A DNA stretch of 16,955 bases from Candidatus Thorarchaeota archaeon (GTDB taxonomy: Archaea; Asgardarchaeota; Thorarchaeia; Thorarchaeales; Thorarchaeaceae): the NCBI GenBank assembly GCA_003345555.1, contig PRDJ01000070.1:1-16955 (forward strand), written 5' to 3'. Below the pieces are notes generated by a model. It was not told the origin of the DNA. It worked only from the letters and a program-made list of their open reading frames with translations, and ran no database searches. Positions 1-7,404 of this stretch are shown here, piece by piece. A program made the translations under genes and the position numbers. Each line of letters opens with the position of its first letter. Position 1 is the first letter of the stretch.

Positions 1-2
1 TC

Positions 3-209
3 GGCTTCGAGCTTGCCGCTCAGAAGGTCATTCATTACCATGATTCTTCCGCGAGAGGAATAGGCCTCGAACCCGAGAACGTTCTTCACTGCACAAGGCA
101 GGAACACGTCCCGATGAGACGCGACTGTCTTGTCGGCTAAAGAACAGTCTCCACATCTTGCACACAGCCATAAATCATCCTTGAACTTGGAGAGATTCGC
201 ATACTGCAG
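3..209 (-). CDS. (Fe-S)-binding protein, GlcF/HdrD-like, N-terminal part only (runs off the left edge of the window)
   Basis: Not in the ORF track. Hand translation of the minus frame beginning at 209 gives LQYANLSKFKDDLWLCARCGDCSLADKTVASHRDVFLPCAVKNVLGFEAYSSRGRIMVMNDLLSGKLEA. It has a CxxCGxC...C ferredoxin motif and the E-x-x-S-x-R-G-R signature of GlcF/HdrD-type proteins, and lies directly downstream of an FAD-linked oxidase. The start is uncertain: CTG at 209 behind GGGGGTGG, or TTG at 242. Confidence 0.8.
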   Translation of the reverse strand, partial: MQYANLSKFKDDLWLCARCGDCSLADKTVASHRDVFLPCAVKNVLGFEAYSSRGRIMVMNDLLSGKLEA

Positions 210-210
210 T

Positions 211-1635
211 TCATTCCACCCCCGTGAATACTTCTGGAGCAAGAATGTTGTCAGGGTCGAGGGCTTTCTTGATGGCTCGATACGTCTCCAAGAACGCAGG
301 ATTGGTTTGCTTGAGAGCACGATTCTCCCATAGAAGCCCGTTCCAATACGGGCAGCCGCCGGTGTCTATAATCGCATCAAGCATTTCATTCCACGCTTTG
401 AGACCAAGGTCCATCTTGCTGCGCTCAGGCACAAAGAGGGTGACCCAGCCAGTAGCATAAGCCCGGTCTGCGCCGAGACAGCTGGCAATCCATTTGATAC
501 CGTTGTTGAGAAGTCTGTACTTCTCAAATATCTTCCAGCAGCGTTTCATCAGCTCAGGAATTGATGTGATGGGTCTGAGATGACATGTGTTCAACCAGAA
601 CCCATTGTTGTATAACGGCTGGACCAGATTGAACATCTCGCTCCAGTGCATCTGGGATGCGAAGTTGCCGAGGTCCTTTCCTCCATGCTTCAGCGCAATC
701 TCACGTACAATCTCCATCTTTCGAGCTGCGAGCTGCTCATCGGTCTCCTGGACAATCGAAGCGAACATCGAGTTGATTTCTTTATGCCTGTCCAAGAATC
801 CGGGGAAGAATGTGTCTGTCGACTGCCGATCTGCCAGAAGATTCAGCTCTTCGGTGAGCCCTCTCTTCTGCACCTCGAGGAATGCCGCTGTCGATTCCTC
901 AAGTGTCTTGAATCCGAAATCGCCGTATACAATGTGTTCAGCCTTCGGATAGATCTTGAGGGTCACCTTTGTCTTGACACCAAGTGTGCCACTATCACCG
1001 AGAAAAAGCCCAGTAAGGTCATTGTATGTTGAGTACCGGGCAAACAACTTGGCCCCCATGTTCCAGCCTGTGCCAGTTCGAATGACTTCCCCACTAGACA
1101 GGACAACTTCGAGCGACACAACCCCTTCTGTCGATGGGCCAAACTTTGAAGCAGCATACCCTATGCTATTGATGCTGGTTGAACCACCCACCGTGCCAAC
1201 GTTGCCGCCATATGGTCCTCTGAATCCCAGCTTGTAGCCCTTCTCGTCGAGTCGATGAATGAGTTCTGCCCAGCGCAAACCCGCCTCTACTGTTACTGTC
1301 ATAACATCTTCGTCAATCTTCACGATTCTGTCCATATTGACCATGTCCAGCATCACTGCGTTCTTGACTCGTGGCAAACAGGCACCGCATATGCCATTGC
1401 GTCCTCCCGCCGGTACTAGCGGACTCTTGGTCTCGCGGCACAGGTTGACAATTGCCTGTACCTCTTCGAGGCTATTCGGCATTACAACAACGCCAGGCCG
1501 CTCAGCAGTCAGGTGACACGCATCTTTACTGTACGCAGATACAATCACTGGGCTGTCACTTACTCTTTCATCACCTACTATGGCTTGAAGTGCGTCATAG
1601 AGTGGGTGGATTTTAGATGCTTGGACAGCAGTCAT
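211..1635 (-). CDS. FAD-binding oxidoreductase (GlcD / FAD-linked oxidase, VAO-type fold)
   Basis: FAD_binding_4 motifs: PGVVVMPNSLEEVQAIV, LVPAGGRNG, VTVEAG, GTVGG, SLEVVLSSGEVI, LFLGDSGTLGVKTKVTLK, and C-terminal IKKALDPDNILAP. ATG at 1635 is preferred over TTG at 1653 because GAGGAAGTGG sits upstream as an SD-like element. Confidence 0.9.
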   Translation of the reverse strand: MTAVQASKIHPLYDALQAIVGDERVSDSPVIVSAYSKDACHLTAERPGVVVMPNSLEEVQAIVNLCRETKSPLVPAGGRNGICGACLPRVKNAVMLDMVNMDRIVKIDEDVMTVTVEAGLRWAELIHRLDEKGYKLGFRGPYGGNVGTVGGSTSINSIGYAASKFGPSTEGVVSLEVVLSSGEVIRTGTGWNMGAKLFARYSTYNDLTGLFLGDSGTLGVKTKVTLKIYPKAEHIVYGDFGFKTLEESTAAFLEVQKRGLTEELNLLADRQSTDTFFPGFLDRHKEINSMFASIVQETDEQLAARKMEIVREIALKHGGKDLGNFASQMHWSEMFNLVQPLYNNGFWLNTCHLRPITSIPELMKRCWKIFEKYRLLNNGIKWIASCLGADRAYATGWVTLFVPERSKMDLGLKAWNEMLDAIIDTGGCPYWNGLLWENRALKQTNPAFLETYRAIKKALDPDNILAPEVFTGVE

Positions 1636-1669
1636 ATTGAACCACTTCCTCAAGCTCTGAGAAATCCGC

Positions 1670-1675
1670 TATAAG
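1670..1675 (-). promoter_or_regulatory. Putative TATA box (CTTATA) for the FAD oxidase / Fe-S operon
   Basis: CTTATAG on the minus strand about 35 nt upstream of ATG 1635, in a divergent intergenic region. Confidence 0.5.
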
Positions 1676-1771
1676 TACTCAGCGAAACAACTGTGCACTC
1701 CTAGCCCTAAGGACCTTGATGCCCCGCAACATCAACCTCTCTTACGGAGATTCTGCAGAACTGGACAATGG

Positions 1772-1779
1772 TTTAATAT
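1772..1779 (+). promoter_or_regulatory. Putative TATA box (TTTAATAT) for the DUF2341 gene
   Basis: The only strongly AT-rich patch in the region, about 60 nt upstream of GTG 1838. Confidence 0.35.
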
Positions 1780-1837
1780 GCTATCATTCAAGAGGTACTC
1801 CGTTCGCAAGTCCTGTTCCTAGAAACGTGCGTACATC

Positions 1838-3211
1838 GTGTGGTTTGGGGAATTGAGTAGTCGACATCTTCTCGTCATTATCGTGTCCATCGCCATGCTC
1901 GCCCAGTACTCACTCCTTCAACCGATTCAGACCGGAGCGCAGTTGTTGAACAGCAACAAGACCGGTTGGTTAGGTTACGATGTTGAACAGGCTCAATCAT
2001 CGCCCTGGCTTTACGGATGGGACTTCAGGAAAGCTTACAATATAACGGGGGCTATGGGTGCGGGCGCAAACTACCAAATCGAACTTACTGTTAACTACGA
2101 TGTGGGCAACGACTCAGGCGGGGTCTTGTATTGTGGCCGCCTCTGCAAGCCAGATTTCGGTGACATACGTTTCACCGATAACGACGGCCTTACTCTTCTG
2201 CACTGTTGGCAACAGACCTCGGTTCCCTTCGACCACGCGATCTTTTGGGTGCAAGTGGCAGACGATCTTAGCTCTTCTGCCACAATCTACGTGTACTATG
2301 GTAACACGGCAGCAACAAGCGACAGCGATGCAGATGCCACTTTCCGCTTCTGTGACGATTTCTCCAGCGGCCTAGATAAGTGGAACTTGACTGAATTTGG
2401 CCAGGGTACTCAAGCTCATACTCTCGACTCAGCTAACGGAAAGCTGCATGTCCACGCTGAATCGAGTGCAGCGAACGTGACATCAGGCTACTTGCTCGAG
2501 ACCAAGCAGTCATTCAGTAGTTTAGGTGCTTGGGGTTTCTGTGTTTTTGCCACGGCTAGCTGGGATAACCTGACCGAGGAGCATTCTGCGGTCGGATTGA
2601 TCCAATGCATTGAGCTTTATGATGGCCATAAAACCTGTTGGGCTATCGGACTGAGTGGTATTCAAAACATCATGATCTCGTTGTATGTGGATAATGACAT
2701 TCCTCTGACGACGTATAATCAGTCTCTGTACCGAAGTGGGACTTCGTGGTTTAGATATTACGTTGATTGCTCTCCTCAAGTCATTGATATGCAATACGGA
2801 TGGAATCATCCACCCCTGGCGGGAGGCGAGGCTCTTGAGTGGCTTACAAACTTCACATTGAGCTCATACAAGATACGACTCTGGGCCATAGTGCAATCAT
2901 CATCTGGCCTAGTCAAGGTTGATAGCTACTATGACCATGTTTTCTTGGCGAAGTGGACTCCGGACTGGACGGGTGGCGGCTCGTGGGGCGCCGAGGAGAT
3001 TTGGGATAGTAAGGAGAGCGGCCAGCAAGCGGTCCTGCCTATGAATATAGCATCGGCTATCGTAACAATCGGGTCCTTTGCAGTAATCGTAATCTTCTCC
3101 ACAAAGATATACAAATTCAGAAGGGATTCTAGAACAGCTCCGCTGCAGCGTGAGTCTAATACGGATAAGGCAATCAACTCGCATCGGCCAGACAGATGGT
3201 TTGTCATGTGA
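1838..3211 (+). CDS. DUF2341-domain membrane-anchored surface glycoprotein
   Basis: Typical DUF2341 string W..RK...I......NYQ...CKPDFGDIRFTDNDGLTLL..W......AIFWVQV......TIYVYYGN. N-terminal hydrophobic segment LLVIIVSIAMLA, C-terminal TM helix IASAIVTIGSFAVIVIF followed by a basic tail, and 8 N-x-S/T sequons. Confidence 0.85.
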   Translation: MWFGELSSRHLLVIIVSIAMLAQYSLLQPIQTGAQLLNSNKTGWLGYDVEQAQSSPWLYGWDFRKAYNITGAMGAGANYQIELTVNYDVGNDSGGVLYCGRLCKPDFGDIRFTDNDGLTLLHCWQQTSVPFDHAIFWVQVADDLSSSATIYVYYGNTAATSDSDADATFRFCDDFSSGLDKWNLTEFGQGTQAHTLDSANGKLHVHAESSAANVTSGYLLETKQSFSSLGAWGFCVFATASWDNLTEEHSAVGLIQCIELYDGHKTCWAIGLSGIQNIMISLYVDNDIPLTTYNQSLYRSGTSWFRYYVDCSPQVIDMQYGWNHPPLAGGEALEWLTNFTLSSYKIRLWAIVQSSSGLVKVDSYYDHVFLAKWTPDWTGGGSWGAEEIWDSKESGQQAVLPMNIASAIVTIGSFAVIVIFSTKIYKFRRDSRTAPLQRESNTDKAINSHRPDRWFVM

Positions 3212-3417
3212 CCTCAGCCATAGAGCACTATTCCTATGTCTGGTCGTGGAGACAACTGGAACGTGGTCCGTAGCAGGACATAGACAGAATCTTACCAACC
3301 CAGTAGAAGGAAACTGTACCTACGTAGACGTGAACTCCAAGACTACAATTGCAGAACGAACCCATGACCAGAACTCTTTATGAGCACAAGTCACATCGAC
3401 CCTCAGCGAGGTTCCCA

Positions 3418-3900
3418 ATGAGGAAGATAGCAGTTGTCCTTGGCCGCGGAGGTCACACAGCTCAGACATTCGCCCTTCTTGATCTGCTGGGACCAAGATT
3501 TCGCTATCTCTACATGGTTGACCTTCTTGACAAGCTGACACCGAAGAAGATTCGGATACCGGGCAGGGTATTGCCAGTGATTCAGCCTCGCCTTCTTCCC
3601 CAAGACTCGAGAATCATGTCCGCTCTGCGAACTTTGACAACGCTTCTATTGTCCTTCGTGTATCTTCTCGTCAGCCGTCCCAGTGTCGTTGTGAGCTGCG
3701 GAACGGGGCTAACTGTTCCCGTCTTTTACTCTGCTCGACTGTTGGGCTTGAAAACCGTTTACATTGAAAGCATGTCACGCGTGGAGACTCTGTCGATAAC
3801 CGGCAGGATTCTGCTCGGCAGAACAGATCTCTTTGTTGTACAGTGGCCTCGTCTTGCAGAACGGACACGAGGAGCTGTATATGGAGGTCAGCTGCTATGA
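3418..3900 (+). CDS. alg14: Alg14-like UDP-GlcNAc transferase subunit (Alg14/PssD/Cps14F family)
   Basis: VVLGRGGHT (G-x-GGH), RPSVVVSCGTGLTVPV, TVYIESMSRVETLSITGRIL and FVVQWP.L match Alg14. Start set at ATG 3418 (MRKIAVVLG); the longer TTG-led ORF has a low-complexity leader. Confidence 0.9.
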   Translation: MRKIAVVLGRGGHTAQTFALLDLLGPRFRYLYMVDLLDKLTPKKIRIPGRVLPVIQPRLLPQDSRIMSALRTLTTLLLSFVYLLVSRPSVVVSCGTGLTVPVFYSARLLGLKTVYIESMSRVETLSITGRILLGRTDLFVVQWPRLAERTRGAVYGGQLL

Positions 3901-4358
3901 TCTTTGTAACAGTCGGCACGGCATCGTATGACCCTCTCATTGCTGAAATTGATCGCTTGGTGGGAGAGGGAACTATCAAGGACAAAGTCGTTGCACAGAT
4001 AGGGCGAGGCTCATACATTCCCAAGAACTTCAGATACTTCAGGTTCATGCGCTCGCTGGAGCCAGCATACAAGCGCGCCGAAGTGATAGTAAGCACAGGC
4101 GGCGCGGGCACTACGATGGAGTGCGTAAAGAAAGGACTCAAGCTTGTCGTTGTCGAAAACAAGGATCTCATGGAGGGGCATCAAGCGCAGCTTGTGGGGG
4201 AGATGTCGAGAAGAGGCCACCTCATTTGGTGCAAGGAGCTATCATCTCTGCCTCAGTGCATTTCTGATGCGAGGCGGCGATCCTTCACCAAATTCGTGAG
4301 CGACACTCCAAGAGTGCATAGCCTCATACTGGATTTGCTCCGGAGAGACAACCTTTGA
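3897..4358 (+). CDS. alg13: Alg13-like glycosyltransferase family 28 C-terminal subunit (Alg13/PssE/Cps14G family)
   Basis: MIFVTVGT, VVAQIG, AEVIVSTGGAGT, LVVVEN..LMEGHQ.QL. ATGA start/stop overlap with alg14 at 3897-3900 indicates translational coupling. Confidence 0.9.
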   Translation: MIFVTVGTASYDPLIAEIDRLVGEGTIKDKVVAQIGRGSYIPKNFRYFRFMRSLEPAYKRAEVIVSTGGAGTTMECVKKGLKLVVVENKDLMEGHQAQLVGEMSRRGHLIWCKELSSLPQCISDARRRSFTKFVSDTPRVHSLILDLLRRDNL

Positions 4359-4626
4359 TATCAGGGTTCCTAGCGCTCACGATAGTTGCGTTGGGACTGA
4401 TTTGTAGATTCAGAAGATAGCGTCTCAGACAAGCCGTATTGTTTGAGCAGTTCTCAGAAAGCGAAGTGAAGAACCGGCTATATGCCAACGGAGTACGTTC
4501 GGGGATCAGCCAGCACAGTGCTAAGATTCCTGCACGGGTTTTCCCAGTCTTGATTTCCCAGACCCAATTGGCGCCAAATTCCGAGAGCGCCTCTGACGTA
4601 ACTGAGGTGATAGTATCGGGTTTCAT
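4324..4626 (-). CDS. Doubtful small ORF, possibly a nuclease remnant
   Basis: 100-codon ORF filling the largest gap in the window, with KPDTI...WVWEIKTGK. It overlaps the alg13 3' end by 35 nt. No firm family assignment. Confidence 0.2.
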   Translation of the reverse strand: MKPDTITSVTSEALSEFGANWVWEIKTGKTRAGILALCWLIPERTPLAYSRFFTSLSENCSNNTACLRRYLLNLQISPNATIVSARNPDIKGCLSGANPV

Positions 4627-4651
4627 ATTCCCGTAGATACGAGTGTAATGC

Positions 4652-4668
4652 CCTCCGTAATACGGAGG
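4652..4668. repeat. Perfect 8-bp inverted repeat CCTCCGTA-A-TACGGAGG (possible operator)
   Basis: Read directly from the sequence; it lies about 25 nt upstream of the TATA-like CTTATA at 4692. Confidence 0.6.
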
Positions 4669-4691
4669 TAATACGTAGGTTTGACATTCAT

Positions 4692-4698
4692 CTTATAT
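4692..4698 (+). promoter_or_regulatory. Putative TATA box (CTTATAT) upstream of the 4782 gene; could also act on the minus strand
   Basis: Same CTTATA core as at 1670-1675 (minus) and 11914-11919 (plus). Confidence 0.45.
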
Positions 4699-4781
4699 TG
4701 CGGGGTGCAGTTACTCCACTGGAAGTTGAGGTCAGTTGTGACTGACATCAGTTCATCACCAGAGATGAGGAAGACTGGAAA

Positions 4782-5576
4782 TTGAGTAAGAAGAAGGCGA
4801 CACCGACTAAGGCGGCTCCCACTAAGAGTGTCTCTGCCAAGGGCGGCAATCTCATCCGGACCAAAGGGATGGGAATGTCAATAAAGCTCTTCAAGCACTC
4901 CGGCGTAGACCTGACTTCAAGTCAGATTGCTACTATGCTGAAGGCCTCTCCCTATAGCCCGAAGAATCCCAACTCCATCGAGACTGGCTTTTCAAACGTA
5001 AGCTCCACCGCGAAGAGCGTCACGGCAGATTTCGCGGCAGGATTCAGAGTTCCTGTCCTGATAATGGGTAAGGATGGGGCACTGACGCCGGTCCATTATG
5101 TGAGTGTTGACAGAGGCACGGCTGTGATAAAGCTCGACCGCGGAACAATCGAAGTAAGAGGCTCGGAACGCATTGCGCGCAAGTTCCGAAGCTTGTTCGA
5201 GGAAATGACCGGAGCCAAGATTACTCCACTGAATCTGAACGGCGGCACCATGAAGCTGTACAACAGCGCTGCCGATATTGCCTCGGTTCTCTTGACTAAT
5301 GTAGAGAAGGGTAACATCACTCAAGCGGAGTTCAGAGGACAAGGGATACAGCGAGAAGAAGACATAGGTATGTATACCCGGAGGTACAAGGGCCAGATAA
5401 GCAGATTCAGGGGCACATTCCCGTACCCGAGTGGGGCGTTGCTTACCACGAGTGTTAACGCCGAGGTCGGCTCCTTGATGGTATACCGTGGTGGCGAAGG
5501 TATCCTGGAGAAGGACCTTAACTGGATTGTCGAGTTGATGGAAGACTCGGCCTTGGAACAAGGTCAACATAACTAG
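4782..5576 (+). CDS. Hypothetical protein, basic, with a Lys/Ala/Pro/Thr-rich N-terminal tail
   Basis: 264-aa ORF with protein-like alternation of beta and alpha segments, a TTG start after purine-rich GAGGAAG, an upstream TATA and a downstream terminator-like hairpin. Family not recognised. Confidence 0.75.
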   Translation: MSKKKATPTKAAPTKSVSAKGGNLIRTKGMGMSIKLFKHSGVDLTSSQIATMLKASPYSPKNPNSIETGFSNVSSTAKSVTADFAAGFRVPVLIMGKDGALTPVHYVSVDRGTAVIKLDRGTIEVRGSERIARKFRSLFEEMTGAKITPLNLNGGTMKLYNSAADIASVLLTNVEKGNITQAEFRGQGIQREEDIGMYTRRYKGQISRFRGTFPYPSGALLTTSVNAEVGSLMVYRGGEGILEKDLNWIVELMEDSALEQGQHN

Positions 5577-5579
5577 AGT

Positions 5580-5617
5580 CCGGGAGAGGGTCACTTGGCC
5601 CTCCCGGTCTTCCTTTT
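5580..5617 (+). terminator. GC-rich hairpin followed by a pyrimidine/T tract
   Basis: CCGGGAG(A)GG at 5580-5589 pairs with CCCTCCCGG at 5599-5607 (9 bp, one bulge), followed by TCTTCCTTTT. It begins 3 nt after the TAG at 5576. Confidence 0.55.
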
Positions 5618-5745
5618 GAGCGGCACGTGACGGGGTACGCTAGCTCAGAGTCTCATCGGCAATATACTCAGGACTCATTGGGTTCGCATGACTTCTGCAA
5701 GTCAATGAATTAAAAAGAAGTACTATCACTACGTCCAGACCGAGC

Positions 5746-6477
5746 ATGAGCGTGTCAGCGAAGGAAATTGTACGAAAGGAGTTGCGCCAAGGACCAATAG
5801 CGTACAATTTCCAATGGAATCGCACAAACCATGAGATACTCGGCCGCTTGCAAGGCGACTTGGCTTCACTCTGGGCACATCTATCGACTATATGCTCGGG
5901 AAAAATCCCGTCGGCTGCCTTTTCGGACCCGTTCTACACGCGCGCTTCGTCCTTGAAATTCTCCAAGATGACTCCTGCTTCAAGAGTAGGACTCCGAAGG
6001 AGGCTCATGAAGCACGGATTGTTGACGAGCCAGTCCGAGAGCGATCTCGTGTCCATAATCCGGACCTACCACCGAGCTGTCAACAGCTCAAACTACGCCG
6101 CAGACCATTCGATTGTTCAGCAGTTCATTCTCGATGACCCGCTCACAATCGCGGTAGAAGTGCCGGTTTGGTCGGATGCGTATCGTCTGTCAGGACATAT
6201 AGACCTGCTCCGGTTCGTGGATAATCACATTCAAGTATGTGATTACAAGCCCGGACCTCTGGACTCGACTCAGGGTAGGTTTCTGGAATCGCTTCCTCAG
6301 GTGTCAGCATACGGGGAGATGATGGCTCACCATCTTGCGTCCACCCTGAGGACCGCGCTTGAGGCACCGCTCTTGCCCAGAATCACATGCTGCATCTTTG
6401 ACACGCACTCGTGCTGGCAATTTGGAGCAGAGCTGTTTGTGAATCTTCGAGCTTTGGGGCTGATTGAGGGGGTCTAG
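5746..6477 (+). CDS. PD-(D/E)XK superfamily nuclease (RecB/Cas4-like catalytic core, no Fe-S cysteine set)
   Basis: AVEVPV (motif I), LSGHIDLLR (motif II), VCDYKP (motif III) and PQVSAYG (QxxxY motif). TATA-like TTAAAAA at 5710-5716. Confidence 0.85.
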   Translation: MSVSAKEIVRKELRQGPIAYNFQWNRTNHEILGRLQGDLASLWAHLSTICSGKIPSAAFSDPFYTRASSLKFSKMTPASRVGLRRRLMKHGLLTSQSESDLVSIIRTYHRAVNSSNYAADHSIVQQFILDDPLTIAVEVPVWSDAYRLSGHIDLLRFVDNHIQVCDYKPGPLDSTQGRFLESLPQVSAYGEMMAHHLASTLRTALEAPLLPRITCCIFDTHSCWQFGAELFVNLRALGLIEGV

Positions 6478-7295
6478 ATGAGGGACATTTTGACCGTCTC
6501 TTCAACGACGGGTATGTTTGCCCCGACTGCATTCCACTTGAGCTGAATTGTAGGTCGCTCTGAAGTGAGGCCTTCTCTGACGCGAGAGAAGTAACTCTCT
6601 GAGAGCATCCCGAAATGATTCAGAGCAGGGTCTACAGGTACCCATCCGTGATCTTTGAGGAAGACTTCACACCACGCATGTGGGTCAGGGTCAGGGCCAT
6701 TCCCCAAGAGGTGGCCAACGACTCGCCGTGATGGTATTTTGACCGCCCTAGTCAAGGCAATGAAGAGATCTGCATGTTCGTCGCAGTCGCCTTCTTTTTC
6801 TCTGGCGGCTCTAGCTGCCCCACGTCTGTCTTCTAGGTTAGTCTTCAGCTTCACTCTTTCCCTACCCGCCTTTACAGCGAGCCTTGCATAAGATTCATCA
6901 TCGTTGCTCCTTTCAGCGATATCACCGCACATTTCTTGGACTGCAACATCATCCGTCTCCCAGTATTTCTGCATCCCAGAATATGTTCCCCTGATTCTGG
7001 CAATAACGTTGTCAGGAGTTGGCTGCGACTCCATTAGCCAGTCGCGGGAAATCGTATCAATACGCAGAACGGCCGAAGGAGAGAAGCTTTCTCCCGAGTC
7101 CAGCTCAGGAACCTTCATTAATGCTACCATGTTTCTCTCGGCTTTCTCGAGAATGCGGGCTGGAGGGAATATGTCGATGGCGTGCACGAACTGGTTGGTC
7201 ATGTCAGTATAGAGATGCCATACCATCTTGCCCTCGTGCAACCGCGAGGAGGTCCTGTTGTGCACGTTCGCTTGCATCTCTACTAGAAGTCTCAT
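6474..7295 (-). CDS. Transglutaminase-like domain protein
   Basis: GDCDEHADLFIALTRAVKIPSRRVVG, HAWCEVF and GWVPVDP supply an intact Cys-His-Asp triad. Confidence 0.9.
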   Translation of the reverse strand: MRLLVEMQANVHNRTSSRLHEGKMVWHLYTDMTNQFVHAIDIFPPARILEKAERNMVALMKVPELDSGESFSPSAVLRIDTISRDWLMESQPTPDNVIARIRGTYSGMQKYWETDDVAVQEMCGDIAERSNDDESYARLAVKAGRERVKLKTNLEDRRGAARAAREKEGDCDEHADLFIALTRAVKIPSRRVVGHLLGNGPDPDPHAWCEVFLKDHGWVPVDPALNHFGMLSESYFSRVREGLTSERPTIQLKWNAVGANIPVVEETVKMSLI

Positions 7296-7340
7296 AGCTG
7301 GCTCGACCGAATATGACTGAACTGTCCAGCGTGCGAATAG

Positions 7341-7350
7341 ATTTATGTAT
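7341..7350. promoter_or_regulatory. Putative bidirectional TATA region (ATTTATGTAT)
   Basis: Single AT-rich patch in the 109-nt divergent gap between ATG 7295 (minus) and ATG 7405 (plus). Confidence 0.4.
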
Positions 7351-7404
7351 TGTCAAGCATCACAGCAGCCGTCACACATAGGATTGAAACCGCGAGGTCG
7401 GACT

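Noticed and set aside
3234-3283. 7-bp inverted repeat CTATGTC/GACATAG downstream of the DUF2341 gene (possible ncRNA or terminator)
   Set aside because: Short stem with a 36-nt loop, no T tract and no recognisable RNA family motif.
4992-5594. Long antisense or alternate-frame ORFs (e.g. 4992-5594, 7617-8276, 3671-4171, 9574-10026, 8643-9056)
   Set aside because: They shadow well-supported genes, have Ser/Arg-rich non-protein-like composition and show no motifs.
5746-6477. Calling the nuclease cas4
   Set aside because: It lacks the four-Cys Fe-S arrangement and any cas/CRISPR neighbours.
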